Virus record (IMG/VR): IMGVR_UViG_3300025174_000006
Length of the DNA stretch: 64,000 bases
Direction: 5' to 3' (one strand)
DNA from: an uncultured virus (IMG/VR IMGVR_UViG_3300025174_000006)
Lineage: Duplodnaviria; Heunggongvirae; Uroviricota; Caudoviricetes
The position numbers and the translations under genes are program-made. The notes beneath the pieces were generated by a model. That model was not told where the DNA came from and made no database searches. It saw only the letters and a program-made list of their open reading frames with translations. Of the stretch, positions 10,737 through 21,456 are shown one piece after another (positions within the stretch are counted from its first letter, which is position 1; the number at the start of each line of letters is the position of its first letter).

Positions 10737-11124
10737 GGTTATATTTTTTTTAGTTAAAGTTTTACTTTAAGTTACCCTCCTCTTGACCCGTTAGAAATCA
10801 ATAGATTATCAGTTTTAATTTCCTTCGCTTAGTAAAATGTAAAATCCTAATTATATGCAAGTTCAGGTACCTTCAATATCAAGTAGTTATAAAGAAGTTG
10901 TAAAAATGAATACTCATTATCAATTAGTTACGAGCTAAAAATTTTCAATAATCATTCCTATGTTAAAAATCAATTAGTTACGCAACACTGCCAGCTGTAC
11001 ATTCATCATATTGTTTTATTCATAATGTGATATTTTGTTCTATAACGTACTATACGAATTTTAAATCTTAGGTGTTACAAGAAAAGGATATGTTAAATAT
11101 TTAAGGTAAAACCCTAAGTATTTA

Positions 11125-11207
11125 GATATACGTAAAATCCAATTGAATTTCTGTCACGAAAAAGAATTAAATTAGTGACAGGATTTTAGATTTATATTTC
11201 GTATATC
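11125..11207. repeat. double-dyad element copy 1
   Basis: GATATACG-N19-TGTCAC-N17-GTGACA-N19-CGTATATC. Confidence 0.9.
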
Positions 11208-11328
11208 AATAATTTTTAAAAAACGGTTTGAGAAACGCCAGGTCAAAAAAAATCCCTGGCAGAAATTACCAGAGAAAAAGTATCATATATCAGGATTTTA
11301 CATTTAGATTAGTATGAGTATCAGGATT

Positions 11329-11811
11329 TTACGCTCTTGAGTCGAGTTCCTTTTTAATTTTAGCAGCTTCTTCGAAGGCTTCAGTTGAGACCATTATGTT
11401 CATGTGACGTATTAGTTTGTCTGTGGAAATGTTTTTATAATCAAATGCGTTGATTTGTAATTGGTCGGTATCACGATATAATAGATTATCTATTTCATTA
11501 TCTTCCGGGTCTTCGTCATCATAATACTCATCTTCTTCGCTTCCATCTTTAGAAGGTTCACCTGGTTGTAATCCAAAGTTTATCTCCTTCATACCTATAT
11601 CTATAAGTATTTGGCGTCCTAATTGTGGTTCTTTATTATATTCGTATGTAGACTCAGCGAGTTCAGAAAAACCTTCCGGAAGTATTCCGTCAGCTATTCC
11701 GGATTCGTCTGATAGGCATCCTTGGGAATCGTAATAGGTACGTGGAGTGATTAGAAAAAAATAATCTCCATCATTATTTGATAATTGAAAATAAAAATCT
11801 GATGCTTTCAT
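11329..11811 (-). CDS. acidic protein with a C-terminal UvrB/C-like (UVR) motif
   Basis: ends EAFEEAAKIKKEL. Confidence 0.6.
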   Translation of the reverse strand: MKASDFYFQLSNNDGDYFFLITPRTYYDSQGCLSDESGIADGILPEGFSELAESTYEYNKEPQLGRQILIDIGMKEINFGLQPGEPSKDGSEEDEYYDDEDPEDNEIDNLLYRDTDQLQINAFDYKNISTDKLIRHMNIMVSTEAFEEAAKIKKELDSRA

Positions 11812-11817
11812 GTAAGA

Positions 11818-12156
11818 TTAAACGGAAAATCCTGCAATTTGTTTCTTTAGCTTTTCCTCTCCCTTAGTTTTAATATCGCTTCTCCCTATAAATTTCCTAT
11901 TAGTCATTGTTTTATTTTCTTTCTTTTCAGATTGTGTAACTTTTTTGCTTGGAGTGAGGTTGTTATTAAACTTATCTTCTGCAGGCGTTTCTGGTTTATG
12001 TTTCTTATTATCAATGATATAACAGTCCCAACAACAGTATAAGTTTCTCCCTGATTTAACCGGTTTTCCACAAGCTGAATTGTGACAGGTTGGAATTATT
12101 TTGTCTAATGCTTTCTTATATTTTTTTGAGTTCTTCTGTTTGGTTTTGGTTTCCAT
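11818..12156 (-). CDS. basic hypothetical protein with a Cys cluster
   Basis: CHNSACGK...YCCWDC. Confidence 0.55.
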   Translation of the reverse strand: METKTKQKNSKKYKKALDKIIPTCHNSACGKPVKSGRNLYCCWDCYIIDNKKHKPETPAEDKFNNNLTPSKKVTQSEKKENKTMTNRKFIGRSDIKTKGEEKLKKQIAGFSV

Positions 12157-13099
12157 TGTCGGTGGTAATAATTGGTTTTTTGGTTATATTAAATAGGAAC
12201 TTGGTAAAGTTTTCCATGTCTGTCCCATTACATTTTTCTATAGTATCATCTATTGAGTGACAGATTCTCCATGTGTCATGTTTTTTCATATCGTATTCAG
12301 GAAGGATTCCTATACAAAGTACTGGATATTTGTATCTACGAAATGCGATAGCATCACTTGGTGGGGTTCTTAATTTTTGGATGTTATGTCCTAGGGTTGT
12401 TTCTAATGAGATATGAAGCTCGTCTTCTGATTTATTTTTCTCACAGTCTGACCAGATTATTGTCCCGTTACCGGTAAGCTCTAAATTAATAACAGCGGAT
12501 ATTTCTCCGTATATTTCATGAGAAATGTTTCTACTTCCTTTTATAGATGAAGATTTTTTAGCGAATCTGTTGGCTCCTTTTGCACTTATCTCTTCGGAAT
12601 CTGAGAAAAGTATAATGGTTCTTTGATGTTCATCTTTGGATGTTTTAATTAGAGATGAGAGCCTGAGAAGATTACAGACGCTGGCAGAATTGTCTTGTGC
12701 GTTTTGGCTATGAACGTTCATGACGTCATGGTGTGCACAAAAAACAATAGCTGGACCGGTTACTTGAGGATTTGGTTCAGCAATTATATTAACAAGCTTG
12801 TGACTCGAGTAGCTACTATTTCCCCAAGTGATGTCGTTCCCTCCTTGGGCTTCGAAAATATCTAATGAGTATTTTACACCAAGTTTGTTAAGTGTGTCTA
12901 TAATATACATCGCACGGTTAGTTATAGGATTGGGCTGAGGTATATTAGCAGAATAAAGATTATGAACTGATGATAAGTCAACCAAAAATTCATATGATGT
13001 GTTAGATTTCTCGAGTGCAGCTAATTGCTGGAGAAAAAACAGATTTCTCCAGTTTTCTTCGAATTCATAATCATCATATTTATATTCCTGGTCTTTCAT
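12116..13099 (-). CDS. M28-family Zn peptidase
   Basis: AHHD, AQDNSASV, DSEE, NLE and C-terminal CHS.DD motifs. Confidence 0.8.
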   Translation of the reverse strand: MKDQEYKYDDYEFEENWRNLFFLQQLAALEKSNTSYEFLVDLSSVHNLYSANIPQPNPITNRAMYIIDTLNKLGVKYSLDIFEAQGGNDITWGNSSYSSHKLVNIIAEPNPQVTGPAIVFCAHHDVMNVHSQNAQDNSASVCNLLRLSSLIKTSKDEHQRTIILFSDSEEISAKGANRFAKKSSSIKGSRNISHEIYGEISAVINLELTGNGTIIWSDCEKNKSEDELHISLETTLGHNIQKLRTPPSDAIAFRRYKYPVLCIGILPEYDMKKHDTWRICHSIDDTIEKCNGTDMENFTKFLFNITKKPIITTDNGNQNQTEELKKI

Positions 13100-13184
13100 A
13101 CGTTTGCAAATGTAGTAAATAATTATTTAGTTTAAACAAAAAGTCCAGTGATTATAATTTTTCACTGGACTTTCGTAGGGAGAA

Positions 13185-13496
13185 TTAATCCTTCATCTTT
13201 TTGACTTTAACCTTTTCTTCGTCATCGTCATTTAAATAATCTTCCGCATCTTCGGTGTCATGACCATGTTTGTTCAGGCAGAAGAATTCTGGACCAGAAC
13301 CAACTGCGAATAATCTTTCTACACAGGTTTTTACATCCATTATTTCACTATCTGTTGTGATTGTAACGTCTCCAACATTATGACCTTCAGTTATGTCATA
13401 ATTGATTTTTTCAAGGTCAGTTGAAGAATAAGGCTCCTCAGATAAAATTTCAATTTGAACTACCGTCCGGTAGAATTTACGTTTACTTAATGACAT
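13185..13496 (-). CDS. hypothetical protein, paralogue of 31652-31903
   Basis: shares YRTVxQxEILSEEP. Confidence 0.65.
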   Translation of the reverse strand: MSLSKRKFYRTVVQIEILSEEPYSSTDLEKINYDITEGHNVGDVTITTDSEIMDVKTCVERLFAVGSGPEFFCLNKHGHDTEDAEDYLNDDDEEKVKVKKMKD

Positions 13497-13521
13497 GATG
13501 TTTTGTTTATTTGTGTTTAAT

Positions 13522-14151
13522 TTATTTTTCTACTTCCTGTTTATAAATTTCAAGCATTTTATCTATTGCTTTATTCTCAACAGCATTTTTATTTGAGGAT
13601 TTGTCAAAAATTCCTTTCAGAGCTATCTCTCCAACTTTTTTGCAAGGATAATATGTATCTTCACCTTTCGCAAGTTTTTCTCCGAACCGGTTTCCTTTTT
13701 GAGGCTCTTTTTGAAATCCTTTATACAATTCAAGAACCATTTTATCAAGATCAATTACATATGCGTATTCGCAAAAAAGAGAGTCTTTAATAAAATTAGT
13801 TCCATCCAGCATATGCTCAACTTTTCCTGACATTATTTCCGGTATATATTTTGCACCTTGTAATTCTCTTAATAAGGCATACCATTCTTCTGATTTGCCG
13901 GTTGATACACCACTATTAAAAAACTTATTGTATTTTTCCTGAATTAACTTTGATGGCTTTTTATTTTCATCTACAAGTTCAACTTTTTTACAATTCTTTT
14001 TGAACTGGTCCCAGCCATTGATTTCATCAATTTTCTGCAATTCTATTACAACTTCTTCACCAACACCGCCGTCTGGATATCCATCAAATTGATTGTAAAA
14101 TCCTTTGGCTTTTTCATCCTCAATGATTATAACTGCGCTTCTTGTTCCCAT
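13522..14151 (-). CDS. phage hypothetical protein, MGTR...DGYP type
   Basis: 209 aa; own promoter near 14180. Confidence 0.7.
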   Translation of the reverse strand: MGTRSAVIIIEDEKAKGFYNQFDGYPDGGVGEEVVIELQKIDEINGWDQFKKNCKKVELVDENKKPSKLIQEKYNKFFNSGVSTGKSEEWYALLRELQGAKYIPEIMSGKVEHMLDGTNFIKDSLFCEYAYVIDLDKMVLELYKGFQKEPQKGNRFGEKLAKGEDTYYPCKKVGEIALKGIFDKSSNKNAVENKAIDKMLEIYKQEVEK

Positions 14152-14304
14152 TTTATTTATGTGTTTTGGTTTATTTTATAATGTACTATACGAAAATTAA
14201 ATTAAGGTGTTACAAAATCAGAAGTAATGGGTGCGATTTTTTTGGTTATCGTTATCATTTATTTTGTGCAGTGAACCACTACTACATCTCACGTACTTCT
14301 TTTT

Positions 14305-14859
14305 TTAGTTGTTATTAAATTGATACTCAACATCTTCCTCGTCATAGAAAAATCCTTGATGTTCACAATCTTCCGGGTAAGGTAAAGAATCCCAAACTTT
14401 CTTCCAATTTTCTTTTGAAGGGAGATTCTCGACAAGTTTAGGAACTTTAAAGCCTCTATTTGCTACAACTGTTAAATTACATCCTCCATAGTCTTTCCAT
14501 CCTTCTTTTATAAGTTGGTTTGCGGTTTTTCCTCCTTGAGATGAAATTGGAGTCTCATAATTGTGAAAATCTTTTATATAAGCCAATTTAACTTTTCCAT
14601 CTGTGATACCTCTTTCTGTAATTTTGCCGGAGAACACTTTTTTTCTTATATCGTCTGAGTTTTTACCGGTGATTCCATTCATTTCTCCAATGAGTGTATA
14701 AATATCTTTACCTCCAAACTCACCATAACCTCCATAATCTTCTTCTGTAAAAACCTGACCATCTTCTGTGATCATATGAACTTTAAAAGTTTCTCTAATT
14801 GATCCGGCATTAGGAATACTCTTTTGAGTATCCGATGTTTTAAAACTGAAATATCCCAT
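14305..14859 (-). CDS. phage hypothetical protein
   Basis: MGYFSF...YGGYGEFGGKD; own promoter. Confidence 0.7.
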   Translation of the reverse strand: MGYFSFKTSDTQKSIPNAGSIRETFKVHMITEDGQVFTEEDYGGYGEFGGKDIYTLIGEMNGITGKNSDDIRKKVFSGKITERGITDGKVKLAYIKDFHNYETPISSQGGKTANQLIKEGWKDYGGCNLTVVANRGFKVPKLVENLPSKENWKKVWDSLPYPEDCEHQGFFYDEEDVEYQFNNN

Positions 14860-14900
14860 AATATGTTTTTGTTTTTGATTTATAATGTGCTATACAAATT

Positions 14901-15908
14901 TTAAATGAGAGGTGTTACAACTTTGGATAATTTATTCGCAAATACTTCATTGATTATTTCTTCAATGTATTCTTCTTCTTTTGTTAATGTTTCTTTACCG
15001 GATAGTTTTTGTTTGGCAACAATAAGCTTTTTTAAGTGTTCTTTGCTATTGTATTTTCCACCAATAGGGAGAAGTATGCCGAATCCTCCAAAAAGTATTT
15101 CTAATTCGTGTGTTGAACTCATTGTTCCTTCGTGAAATGAAGCTCCGTAAAGAATACAACAATTATATATTCCATTTAGATAATTCTCAATAGAAATCTT
15201 TTGTTCTTTTTTTGTACTTCCCTCAAGAGAATCTCCAAAGTGTCTTCCGTCAGAAGATGAAATCCAATTAAACATTCTATGGGAAGGAATCCCTCTTTTT
15301 CTTAATCCGGCTTCAATTTGTTTATCATTTACTGCAGTTCTCCCTGAAGAATGTCCAATCCATCCGTGAGCATATCCTTTTGAAACGTATTCTTTTAATT
15401 TTGGTGAGTTAAAAACTTCATCTGAAAACCCACCTTGATATAATTTCGGATTTGCCGTTAAAATATCTAAATCCATCCAAAGAACCAATTTTTGTTTCTT
15501 TGCTTCCTTTTGAGATTTAATTTTTTCTCTTTCCCAGAAAGCTTTTTGTGCTGGTATGTTTCTGTCTTTTTTAAAACCTTTATCGTAATAGGATTTTACA
15601 AGAGAAATGAACTCTGAAGTGCTTTGAAACTCAGCATCCCGTCCGAATATCTTATTACTATGTAACCCTTTGTTATAGAACGTTTTATCAGCCTCAAGGT
15701 AAAATCCTACATATTTTGAGTCACCGTATATTTCAGCTATTGTTTCTCCGTTAAGTCCTGGAAATTTTTTGGATACGATTATTGAATTCAGTTCTATTTT
15801 GAAATCAATTTCTTTTGTATCGGTAACAATAACAAGAAATTCATCCATAGATGATGAAGACGCGAAACAAGAGTGAATGTGTTTAGTTATTACGATTGGC
15901 TTTTTCAT
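14901..15908 (-). CDS. hypothetical protein
   Basis: 335 aa ORF. Confidence 0.7.
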   Translation of the reverse strand: MKKPIVITKHIHSCFASSSSMDEFLVIVTDTKEIDFKIELNSIIVSKKFPGLNGETIAEIYGDSKYVGFYLEADKTFYNKGLHSNKIFGRDAEFQSTSEFISLVKSYYDKGFKKDRNIPAQKAFWEREKIKSQKEAKKQKLVLWMDLDILTANPKLYQGGFSDEVFNSPKLKEYVSKGYAHGWIGHSSGRTAVNDKQIEAGLRKRGIPSHRMFNWISSSDGRHFGDSLEGSTKKEQKISIENYLNGIYNCCILYGASFHEGTMSSTHELEILFGGFGILLPIGGKYNSKEHLKKLIVAKQKLSGKETLTKEEEYIEEIINEVFANKLSKVVTPLI

Positions 15909-15913
15909 TGTGT

Positions 15914-16135
15914 TTAGTTTTTAACCGGTTTGAATTCACAAAAATCTTCAAGGTCTCTTAAATCAATTCGACCAAATTTGACTGAGCTATAATAGCCTTG
16001 TCTTTCAAATCTCTTAACCCAATTTTTAAAAGCTTCAAGAGTTGCTTTTAACCCTGTGTATGTTTTACCCATATCAATAGAGATTCCATCTGGGGAGATT
16101 ACATCATATTTTTTTGAGTTTTCCATTGTTTTCAT
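15914..16135 (-). CDS. small protein, probably leaderless
   Basis: ATG immediately follows the promoter (GTATAGTACATT-ATG). Confidence 0.65.
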   Translation of the reverse strand: MKTMENSKKYDVISPDGISIDMGKTYTGLKATLEAFKNWVKRFERQGYYSSVKFGRIDLRDLEDFCEFKPVKN

Positions 16136-16218
16136 AATGTACTATACGAATTTTAAATCTTAGGTGTTACACTTTTAATGAATGTTTGTAACAAAATAGT
16201 TATAAACTTGTTACAAAA

Positions 16219-16473
16219 CTACAACCAACCTTCTTTAAATTTTTCAGGCTTACCTTCTGTTATTCTCCATTTTTCAAACCATTCACCCCATTCTCCCCTT
16301 CTTGTTCTTGTGATTGTTACTTCATTATCATCCACAGTATTTTCCTCAATAAGACTTTTTAAATTCTTTTTGAGCTCTTGGTATGTTTTGAAGCTTTTAT
16401 ATTCTGCTGAAACATAGAAACTTTTTCTTACCCAGCAACCTGGTTTTTTACCTCTTCTTCTTTGTTGTGCCAT
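16219..16473 (-). CDS. hypothetical protein
   Basis: TAATG overlap with the upstream gene. Confidence 0.6.
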   Translation of the reverse strand: MAQQRRRGKKPGCWVRKSFYVSAEYKSFKTYQELKKNLKSLIEENTVDDNEVTITRTRRGEWGEWFEKWRITEGKPEKFKEGWL

Positions 16474-17267
16474 TATGCTGCTTTTTTAAGTTTAATGATA
16501 ATTGACTTTGAAACTTCATTGGATTTTACGTTTGTTTTAATTGCAAAGCCAGTTTTAAAAGCAAGTGAATTATCAAATCCTTTGAAAATTACTTTCTTAT
16601 ATCTCAAGCCAACAATAACTCCTTTTGGATCTAAGTGTCTTAAGTCATTTATATCGCCATCAATTACTTTATATCCCAAATGTGATTTAGGAACAACATC
16701 AAACACCATTGCAACATTCACTTTATTTCTAAGCATATCCATAGCAATGGAATCATTTGTTTCTGACCGGCTGAAAACTAAGTTATAGTTTTTAGGGAGA
16801 ACTGAATTAAACCTTGTATGATTTTTTGTATAATCATAGAAAATTACTTTTGGAAACAATTGAAAAATGTTTTTCCCATCTTTGATTTTAAGTTTTTCAT
16901 AAGGGATATCAGAAGTTCCATTTAGCCGAATGACAAAGTTTCCTCCTTCAATTTTGTGTTTTACTTCTATCTGAGCTATTTCAGAATAAAGCGTTTTAAG
17001 AAATAGGGGTTGGTCGTGTAGAAATAATTCAGTTTTATTCGTTCTCCCCTTTTGAACTTGTGTTAATCCACCTTTACCGGAACCATATAAACACGACTTT
17101 GAACATCCTGCCGTTGCCATAGGACAAACAGTTTTACCTAAACTATTTTGTTTATGGGGAGAAAGATATAAAATATATGTTTTCCAACCTAATTTTTCTC
17201 CCTTCATCGTTTTTATGTTTCGGGTAGTTAATAAAGAATTTGGAATGTAATATGGCAAAGTTTCCAT
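16473..17267 (-). CDS. phage GP88-like protein
   Basis: CPMATAGCSKSCL, IRLNGTSDI, FYDYTK and DGD..DLRHLD motifs. Confidence 0.75.
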   Translation of the reverse strand: METLPYYIPNSLLTTRNIKTMKGEKLGWKTYILYLSPHKQNSLGKTVCPMATAGCSKSCLYGSGKGGLTQVQKGRTNKTELFLHDQPLFLKTLYSEIAQIEVKHKIEGGNFVIRLNGTSDIPYEKLKIKDGKNIFQLFPKVIFYDYTKNHTRFNSVLPKNYNLVFSRSETNDSIAMDMLRNKVNVAMVFDVVPKSHLGYKVIDGDINDLRHLDPKGVIVGLRYKKVIFKGFDNSLAFKTGFAIKTNVKSNEVSKSIIIKLKKAA

Positions 17268-17351
17268 AGATAAATAGTTTAATTGGTTTGTAATGTGATA
17301 TTTTGTTTATTTATAATGCACTATACAAAATTAAATTGAGACACGTTACAA

Positions 17352-17528
17352 TTATTTAAACAAACGTAATGTTTTATATAATTCTCCAATCTGAGCTTTT
17401 AGAATACGTTGTTCGTGTGCAATAGTATTTATTTGACGCTTATTTGCGGAAAGTTTATTCTGAGCAGTTAATAACTCTCTGGAAACCATTTGCTTACACT
17501 TGTCGAAAACTTCTTTCTTTACATTCAT
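17352..17528 (-). CDS. small coiled-coil protein (58 aa, absent from the ORF track)
   Basis: MNVKKEVFDKCKQ...LRLFK fills the gap between neighbouring genes. Confidence 0.55.
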   Translation of the reverse strand: MNVKKEVFDKCKQMVSRELLTAQNKLSANKRQINTIAHEQRILKAQIGELYKTLRLFK

Positions 17529-17541
17529 TTTGTTCAGGATT

Positions 17542-18009
17542 TTACCGGTTTATTTTTGGTGGAGTTGTTTTAAAAGCTTTTTTATATATTTCTTTTGCTT
17601 GTTTCCAATCCTCTGCACCTCCGTCACATGAAATTTCAGTTTGTGGAAAATGGTGTTTTAATCTTAACATTGAAATTTTAACCATTAAATCGTATGGTTT
17701 ACGTGCACTTTTACAGAACTCAAATATTAGTCCATTTTCTGCACGTCCTTCACTCTGTCTTTCTATCACAAAAGTTTCGTGGCTCATATCATCTTTGTTT
17801 TCGCCGTTGAATATAATAATATCATCGGTAAATTTAGGTTCTCCGGTTCCATCTCCGCCGGCCAATACAATTGATTTATCAATTTGATAATCAGCTGATT
17901 TTGAGCGGTCTGGTAAAAGTCCGGCTACTGTTTTTAATTCCTCTGATAGAATTTTGAATTTTTCGCTGTCCAGTTTTGCTGGAGTTTTGTAGTAGTTCGT
18001 ATATCCGAT
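17542..18009 (-). CDS. hypothetical protein, probable AUC start (MGYTNYY...)
   Basis: frame stays open 48 codons upstream of the tracked TTG, to ATC GGA TAT ACG AAC TAC; FCKSARKPYD motif. Confidence 0.65.
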   Translation of the reverse strand: MGYTNYYKTPAKLDSEKFKILSEELKTVAGLLPDRSKSADYQIDKSIVLAGGDGTGEPKFTDDIIIFNGENKDDMSHETFVIERQSEGRAENGLIFEFCKSARKPYDLMVKISMLRLKHHFPQTEISCDGGAEDWKQAKEIYKKAFKTTPPKINR

Positions 18010-18052
18010 AATTTCTAACGCCCTTTTGGGTGCGCCCTCATTTAGTTAATAC
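18010..18052 (-). promoter_or_regulatory. structured 5' leader preceding an AUC start, copy 1
   Basis: AAATGAGGGCGCACCCAAAAGGGCGTTAGAAATT-ATC; near-identical to 21414-21456. Confidence 0.65.
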
Positions 18053-18141
18053 TGATTTATAATGTACTATACAGAATTTAATTGATAGGTGTTACAAAAA
18101 CAGAAAACAAACATATCTGGTGTAAAATCCTAAAGCAAATA

Positions 18142-18222
18142 TATATACGCAAATTAAAACTATATTTCTGTCACTAATTAATTCTTTTCGTGACAGGAAA
18201 TGAATTGGATTTTACGTATATC
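18142..18222. repeat. double-dyad element copy 2, reversed arm order
   Basis: TATATACG-N19-TGTCAC-N15-GTGACA-N19-CGTATATC. Confidence 0.9.
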
Positions 18223-18340
18223 CTTATTAGGTAAAATCCTTCAGCTGGTGCCTGCTGGCCAGGGATTTGGATTTGAGTTAAAAAGAAAAGAGCCGAACAT
18301 TTAATGCCCGGCTCTAAGCTCGTCGTGTTTAAATAGGATT

Positions 18341-18532
18341 TTACTTCTTTGCAGATGTAGTATCCACTTTTACTTTAGTAGAATCAACAGCACCAGTGCT
18401 ACCTGTTGATACAGGAGCTACAATAATGGTGCTATCAACTGCTGTTGCTGTTACTTCTTCAGTCTTAGCGGTGTTGCAAGAGGAAAAAATAAACGCTGCT
18501 AAAACGGCTGTTAATATCAATGTTTTTTTCAT
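18341..18532 (-). CDS. small lipoprotein
   Basis: signal peptide with lipobox FSSC; VDST repeats. Confidence 0.7.
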   Translation of the reverse strand: MKKTLILTAVLAAFIFSSCNTAKTEEVTATAVDSTIIVAPVSTGSTGAVDSTKVKVDTTSAKK

Positions 18533-18892
18533 GGCTGTAAATATAGATTAAAAAACAAAAAATCCAAGATTAACTCCCGGATTTTTTATTAACAATTTGT
18601 TCGATAAATTAGAATATTTCTTTTAAGGTTTTAAATCCAAGACTATCATCAACTTTGATAGATATTTCTTCGATTTCACTATCTGGATTTATTTCAGCTT
18701 TTACGTGGTACATGAACTCGATAAGAGCTGTGAACGTATCCAAGTCCATTTGCTTTACATCATTAATTATGCGTTCTTCCATTTCTGCCACCGAAGTAGT
18801 TGCGCTTGCAGTGTCTACACTTAGTTTGTCCATGAGATATTTTGTTTTTGATTTGTAATGTACTACAAAATTAAATTCTTTGGTGTTATATT

Positions 18893-19354
18893 TTAATTCA
18901 TCGTTATCATTACATAATCAGTATCAACCAATTGAGCGAGCTCATTTATTTGATTAATTACTTTTTTAGGAACAAGCTCATACAATTTGCCTTTTAATTC
19001 ACTTTTTTCTACTTCTGCAATTTCTCCTGAAATTTCTGCAAATATATCACCCTGAAATATACGCTCACTCATATCGGTAACATCTTTAAATGCTTCACGA
19101 CCTTTTAAAAGTTTAACTACATCATCCAGTAAAACATTTTCCGGCATGGTCATAATTGACATTTTGTGCATTGATTTTAATATATTATGCTTAACAAGTT
19201 CTATTTCCCCGCCAAATGCTCTTGCTTTTTTAATAGCTTCTCCCCTTGTGTATTCTTGTATTACTCCATAAGATGCTAAATATCCATTTCGTTTTTGGTC
19301 AGCTCTTGCATGGTTGTTTTCTTTTAAAACAACTCTGTATAATTTCTTTTCCAT
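18893..19354 (-). CDS. hypothetical protein
   Basis: 153 aa; own promoter. Confidence 0.65.
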   Translation of the reverse strand: MEKKLYRVVLKENNHARADQKRNGYLASYGVIQEYTRGEAIKKARAFGGEIELVKHNILKSMHKMSIMTMPENVLLDDVVKLLKGREAFKDVTDMSERIFQGDIFAEISGEIAEVEKSELKGKLYELVPKKVINQINELAQLVDTDYVMITMN

Positions 19355-20570
19355 GAGATATTTTGTTTTTTGGTTATGATGTACTATACAATATTTAATT
19401 CTTTGGTGTTACAAGGCAGTTATTAAAAATTTAGCTATGGCTTCCAATTCTTCTGCATGAATTAAAATCGAGCCATTACCTTCTGCTTTATCTACTTCCA
19501 AGCCAGTAGAACTTAAATGTCCTATTCGACTTCGTTGTCCATCAATTGTTCTGAATATCCAGAAGTTTCCAACACCATCATCAATAAATTCAAGTTTATG
19601 ATTTTTGAATACAGGGTTTTCTATTATTTTGGTTATTGTTTTCATGGCTTATTTTCTTTCGTTGATTACCTGATAAATTAAATCCTCAACCACAAGACTC
19701 CAATTTGCTGTTTCATCCTGGTTTTGAGCTGCCGGATACCTTTTTAATACTTCTTGAATTTCCGCGTCAGTCAGTTCTTTTTTTAATGAATCGGCGATTG
19801 TTTCGACATCTAAGTCAATTATTTCGTTTTCCATGTTGTTAAGGTATTGAAATTATAACTTTTGCTTCAGGGAGAAACTGAGGCGTTACTTCAACTTTGG
19901 TTGTGTAAAATTCAGCATCATCAGGAGCAAGTCCTTGATGGTCAGCAACATCCTGCAACCCTCCTGCAATGTTGTTAGTAATTGTTTTTATATCTTCATC
20001 AGATGTGATTTTATCTGAAAAGGTAAGTGTTACTAAAAATGTGTGTGTCTTACTCATGGCGTTATGTTTTGTTTACAATGTACTATACAAGAAATAATTG
20101 AATGGTGTTACAAATATTATTCGACTTGTAAAATCCTATCAAGAATCATTCTCTCAACATTCCCATTCTTTATTTTGTTCGCCCACATACCGGCAATTGC
20201 TATAAACTCATCCAATGTATCGGCTTCATCAATTTCTTCTGTTATTTGTTCTAAATCATCTCCCTCTAAGGTGATGGATTTTTTGTATTCTGATTTCAAT
20301 TTGTCTAATGTCATAGCGTTTAGTTTTTTACGTTAATTTCAGTCATTAATATAAAGTCTTCAAGTTCAGCTCCGTCAAGTGATTTACCACCGTCAGCATA
20401 AAATGAAGCAAGCATCATTTCACTTAACTCTTTGAGTTTTGTTGCAATTTCAACGGCTGTTCCACTTCCTGTTATTTTAATTTCTAATTCTTCCATGATA
20501 TTTTGTTTTTGTTTACAATGTACTATACAAGAAATAATTGAATGGTGTTACAGATACGTGAATATATTTG

Positions 20571-21413
20571 TTACGCTTCCACCGCAATTTTACTGTTTTC
20601 TATTCGGGCGTTTTTCATTTCCTCCCTGTTTTGTGGGAAAATATCCCCAAGTTCCTCAACAGTTAAAGTTTTAAATCCTTTAAAACGTTCAAGAAATTTT
20701 TTATTGATTGAAATGTTTTGTTCAAATTCAATTGGTTTTTTATCTTCTTTTGCACTCTTCAATTCATCTTTTGAACAATCGTTTTTGCTTTCAGGATAGT
20801 ATGCTTTCAAATAAGTAGAAGCATCAACAGGTGTCATACGTTTTAGTTTTTCAACTGTGCTATCTCCACCGATATTAACAAAGCAGTATTTTGGATTTTT
20901 AAGTGTAAAATCCATAATTAACACGCCATCATTATTATCTCCCTTATCAAAAGAACTACTATATATCAATTCGTTCTCGTCTATATGTTCTTCATTTAAA
21001 AGACTTAAATGGTCAATGCCAATACGACAATATTTACCCAACTCAAAATCAAACATATTTTGCATATAATTTTTAAACCATTCGATTACATCATTTGGAT
21101 TTTTTATGCTATCACATTTTTTGTGTAGTAAATTATTATAACCATAGGTATCTTCGTGAAAATCTTTAACGGCGAATAAGACTTGAGAAGCCACTAAAGC
21201 AAAAGAGCGACCGTATAACCATTGGTGATGAAAAGCAACTATAATGGTATTTTCTTCACCATACATTTGTTTCCATTTTTTGTATATTTCCTGGTTTGCT
21301 ACATAACCGGTAATATCCTCTCTCCATTCCTTTTTGGAATCAATTTTTATTCTTTTTGCCCATGTTTTGCCAATATTTGGCATCTGGATATAAATTTGGC
21401 TGCGTTGTCCGAT
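20571..21413 (-). CDS. hypothetical protein, probable AUC start (MGQRSQIYI...)
   Basis: 10 in-frame codons upstream of the tracked ATG begin ATC GGA CAA CGC AGC CAA ATT TAT; HHQWLYG and DNNDG motifs. Confidence 0.7.
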   Translation of the reverse strand: MGQRSQIYIQMPNIGKTWAKRIKIDSKKEWREDITGYVANQEIYKKWKQMYGEENTIIVAFHHQWLYGRSFALVASQVLFAVKDFHEDTYGYNNLLHKKCDSIKNPNDVIEWFKNYMQNMFDFELGKYCRIGIDHLSLLNEEHIDENELIYSSSFDKGDNNDGVLIMDFTLKNPKYCFVNIGGDSTVEKLKRMTPVDASTYLKAYYPESKNDCSKDELKSAKEDKKPIEFEQNISINKKFLERFKGFKTLTVEELGDIFPQNREEMKNARIENSKIAVEA

Positions 21414-21456
21414 AATTTTAACGACCTTTTGGGTTCGCCCTCGTTTTAATTAATAC
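21414..21456 (-). promoter_or_regulatory. structured 5' leader preceding an AUC start, copy 2
   Basis: AAAACGAGGGCGAACCCAAAAGGTCGTTAAAATT-ATC. Confidence 0.65.

Noticed and set aside
11125..11207. Protelomerase target or MITE
   Set aside because: It is not a perfect palindrome, no consistent target-site duplication is visible, and placement relative to terminators and promoters is too regular for random insertion.
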